In this document: piece by piece, positions 63,060 through 64,000 of the stretch | Layout of the letters: the number at the start of each line of letters is the position of its first letter | How positions within the stretch are numbered: the first letter of the stretch is position 1 | Assembly: GCA_951406725.2 (NCBI GenBank) | Contig: OX597831.1 | Coordinates: forward strand, 57,288,001-57,352,000 | Reading direction: 5' to 3' | DNA length: 64,000 bases | From: Octopus vulgaris | Taxonomy: Eukaryota | Notes under the pieces: generated by a model | Seen by the model: only the letters and a program-made list of their open reading frames with translations | Database searches by the model: none | Told to the model about the DNA's origin: nothing | Made by a program: the position numbers and the translations under genes

Positions 63060-64000
63060 CAGATAAATAAATGGAATTTTAACAAGTAGGACACATTAAT
63101 ATAATTTTTCTTAAATATCTTAACAGAACAAGAAAGTGGAAGAAATTCATGTTGTCGATGTTGTAGCTAAGAATAAACTACAACTTCTAAGAATCGCATG
63201 GAGCATAGTGGAGTCATAGAGTTGTAAGAGTTGTAATTCATTTCTAATTCATTTATCTTTTTATTAACCACTAAATCTGAGTCTAGAAGACTGTGTCTAT
63301 TTGGAACAAAGGAGAAGAGTGGGTTGACAGCTCATGGCTACGTATGGTCATAAATATTATCATATGCATCCCCTTTCTCCAGAGAGGAAATAAGACAGGA
63401 GTAGTCAGTTGGATATAAGTAACTGTCTATAAAAAGAGGCAGGGTAGGGGTGGGCTTTAAATCATGATGTTAATTACCAGTTAAAGGGGCAAGACACTAA
63501 GAAATCTAAGATGTTTATACAGAGGAAATTTTATTGGGGGCACTATGGGGTAATGTTTATAAACAATATTGCGATGTTGTATAAAAATAAAATTTAAGAA
63601 TTTAAAAATTGATATCATAACCAAAATAGGTAAAAGGTGTGTATATATCAATTATAAACATTAAAAAAGATTATATAGAATCGGTTTAATATCCATTCAC
63701 GTACTTAATTAATTACTTATTAGGTGGCTTCTATAAAGACTACTCAAGACATTTCCATATGGAAAAACTGGAAGGATATATAAACTGTCTATTAATTTTA
63801 AGCCATCAATCAGAAAAGTGTAAAAGATGCATACAGATACACACACACATATATGTGCGTATGTGCATATATAAACATAAACAAATATTTACACGCTTAT
63901 ATGAATATATTATAAATATCTCGTATAGACTTAAGTAACTGAAAACTATCAATTTAAGAACAAGAAAAATAACAATTTATAAGGGATAAGAGGTTAATAA

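Overview
AT-rich, microsatellite-dense eukaryotic (animal) genomic DNA with no intact protein-coding gene. The mix of tRNA-derived SINEs, RTE LINEs, mariner/Tc1/piggyBac relics and very abundant (TA)n/(TG)n/(GATA)n suggests an octopus or other cephalopod intron or intergenic region (inference, not verified). Most long ORFs in the track are microsatellite artefacts. Recognisable content: (i) DNA-transposon relics (mariner, maT/DD37D-like, rosa/DD41D-like, Tc1, a full-length decayed piggyBac) and several TIR-bounded MITEs; (ii) Helitron-type non-autonomous elements; (iii) RTE and CR1-like LINE fragments and an ORF1-only L1/Tx1-like element; (iv) at least four SINE families, two of them occurring as tandem dimers; (v) a 5'-truncated Penelope-like element (Naiad-type RT plus CxC/GIY-YIG) with an inverted terminal duplication. 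The most notable signal is about ten type-I hammerhead-ribozyme motifs of the minimal, palindromic-stem-III kind associated with Penelope-like elements. They come from several different sequence families, and each points toward a nearby (TA)n tract. One family has a swapped G3-C8 catalytic-core pair (GUGAACA), and another motif is duplicated within a 319-bp near-perfect hairpin. Two small candidate host exons on the + strand were also noted. All structures were read by eye and none has been folded or searched computationally.
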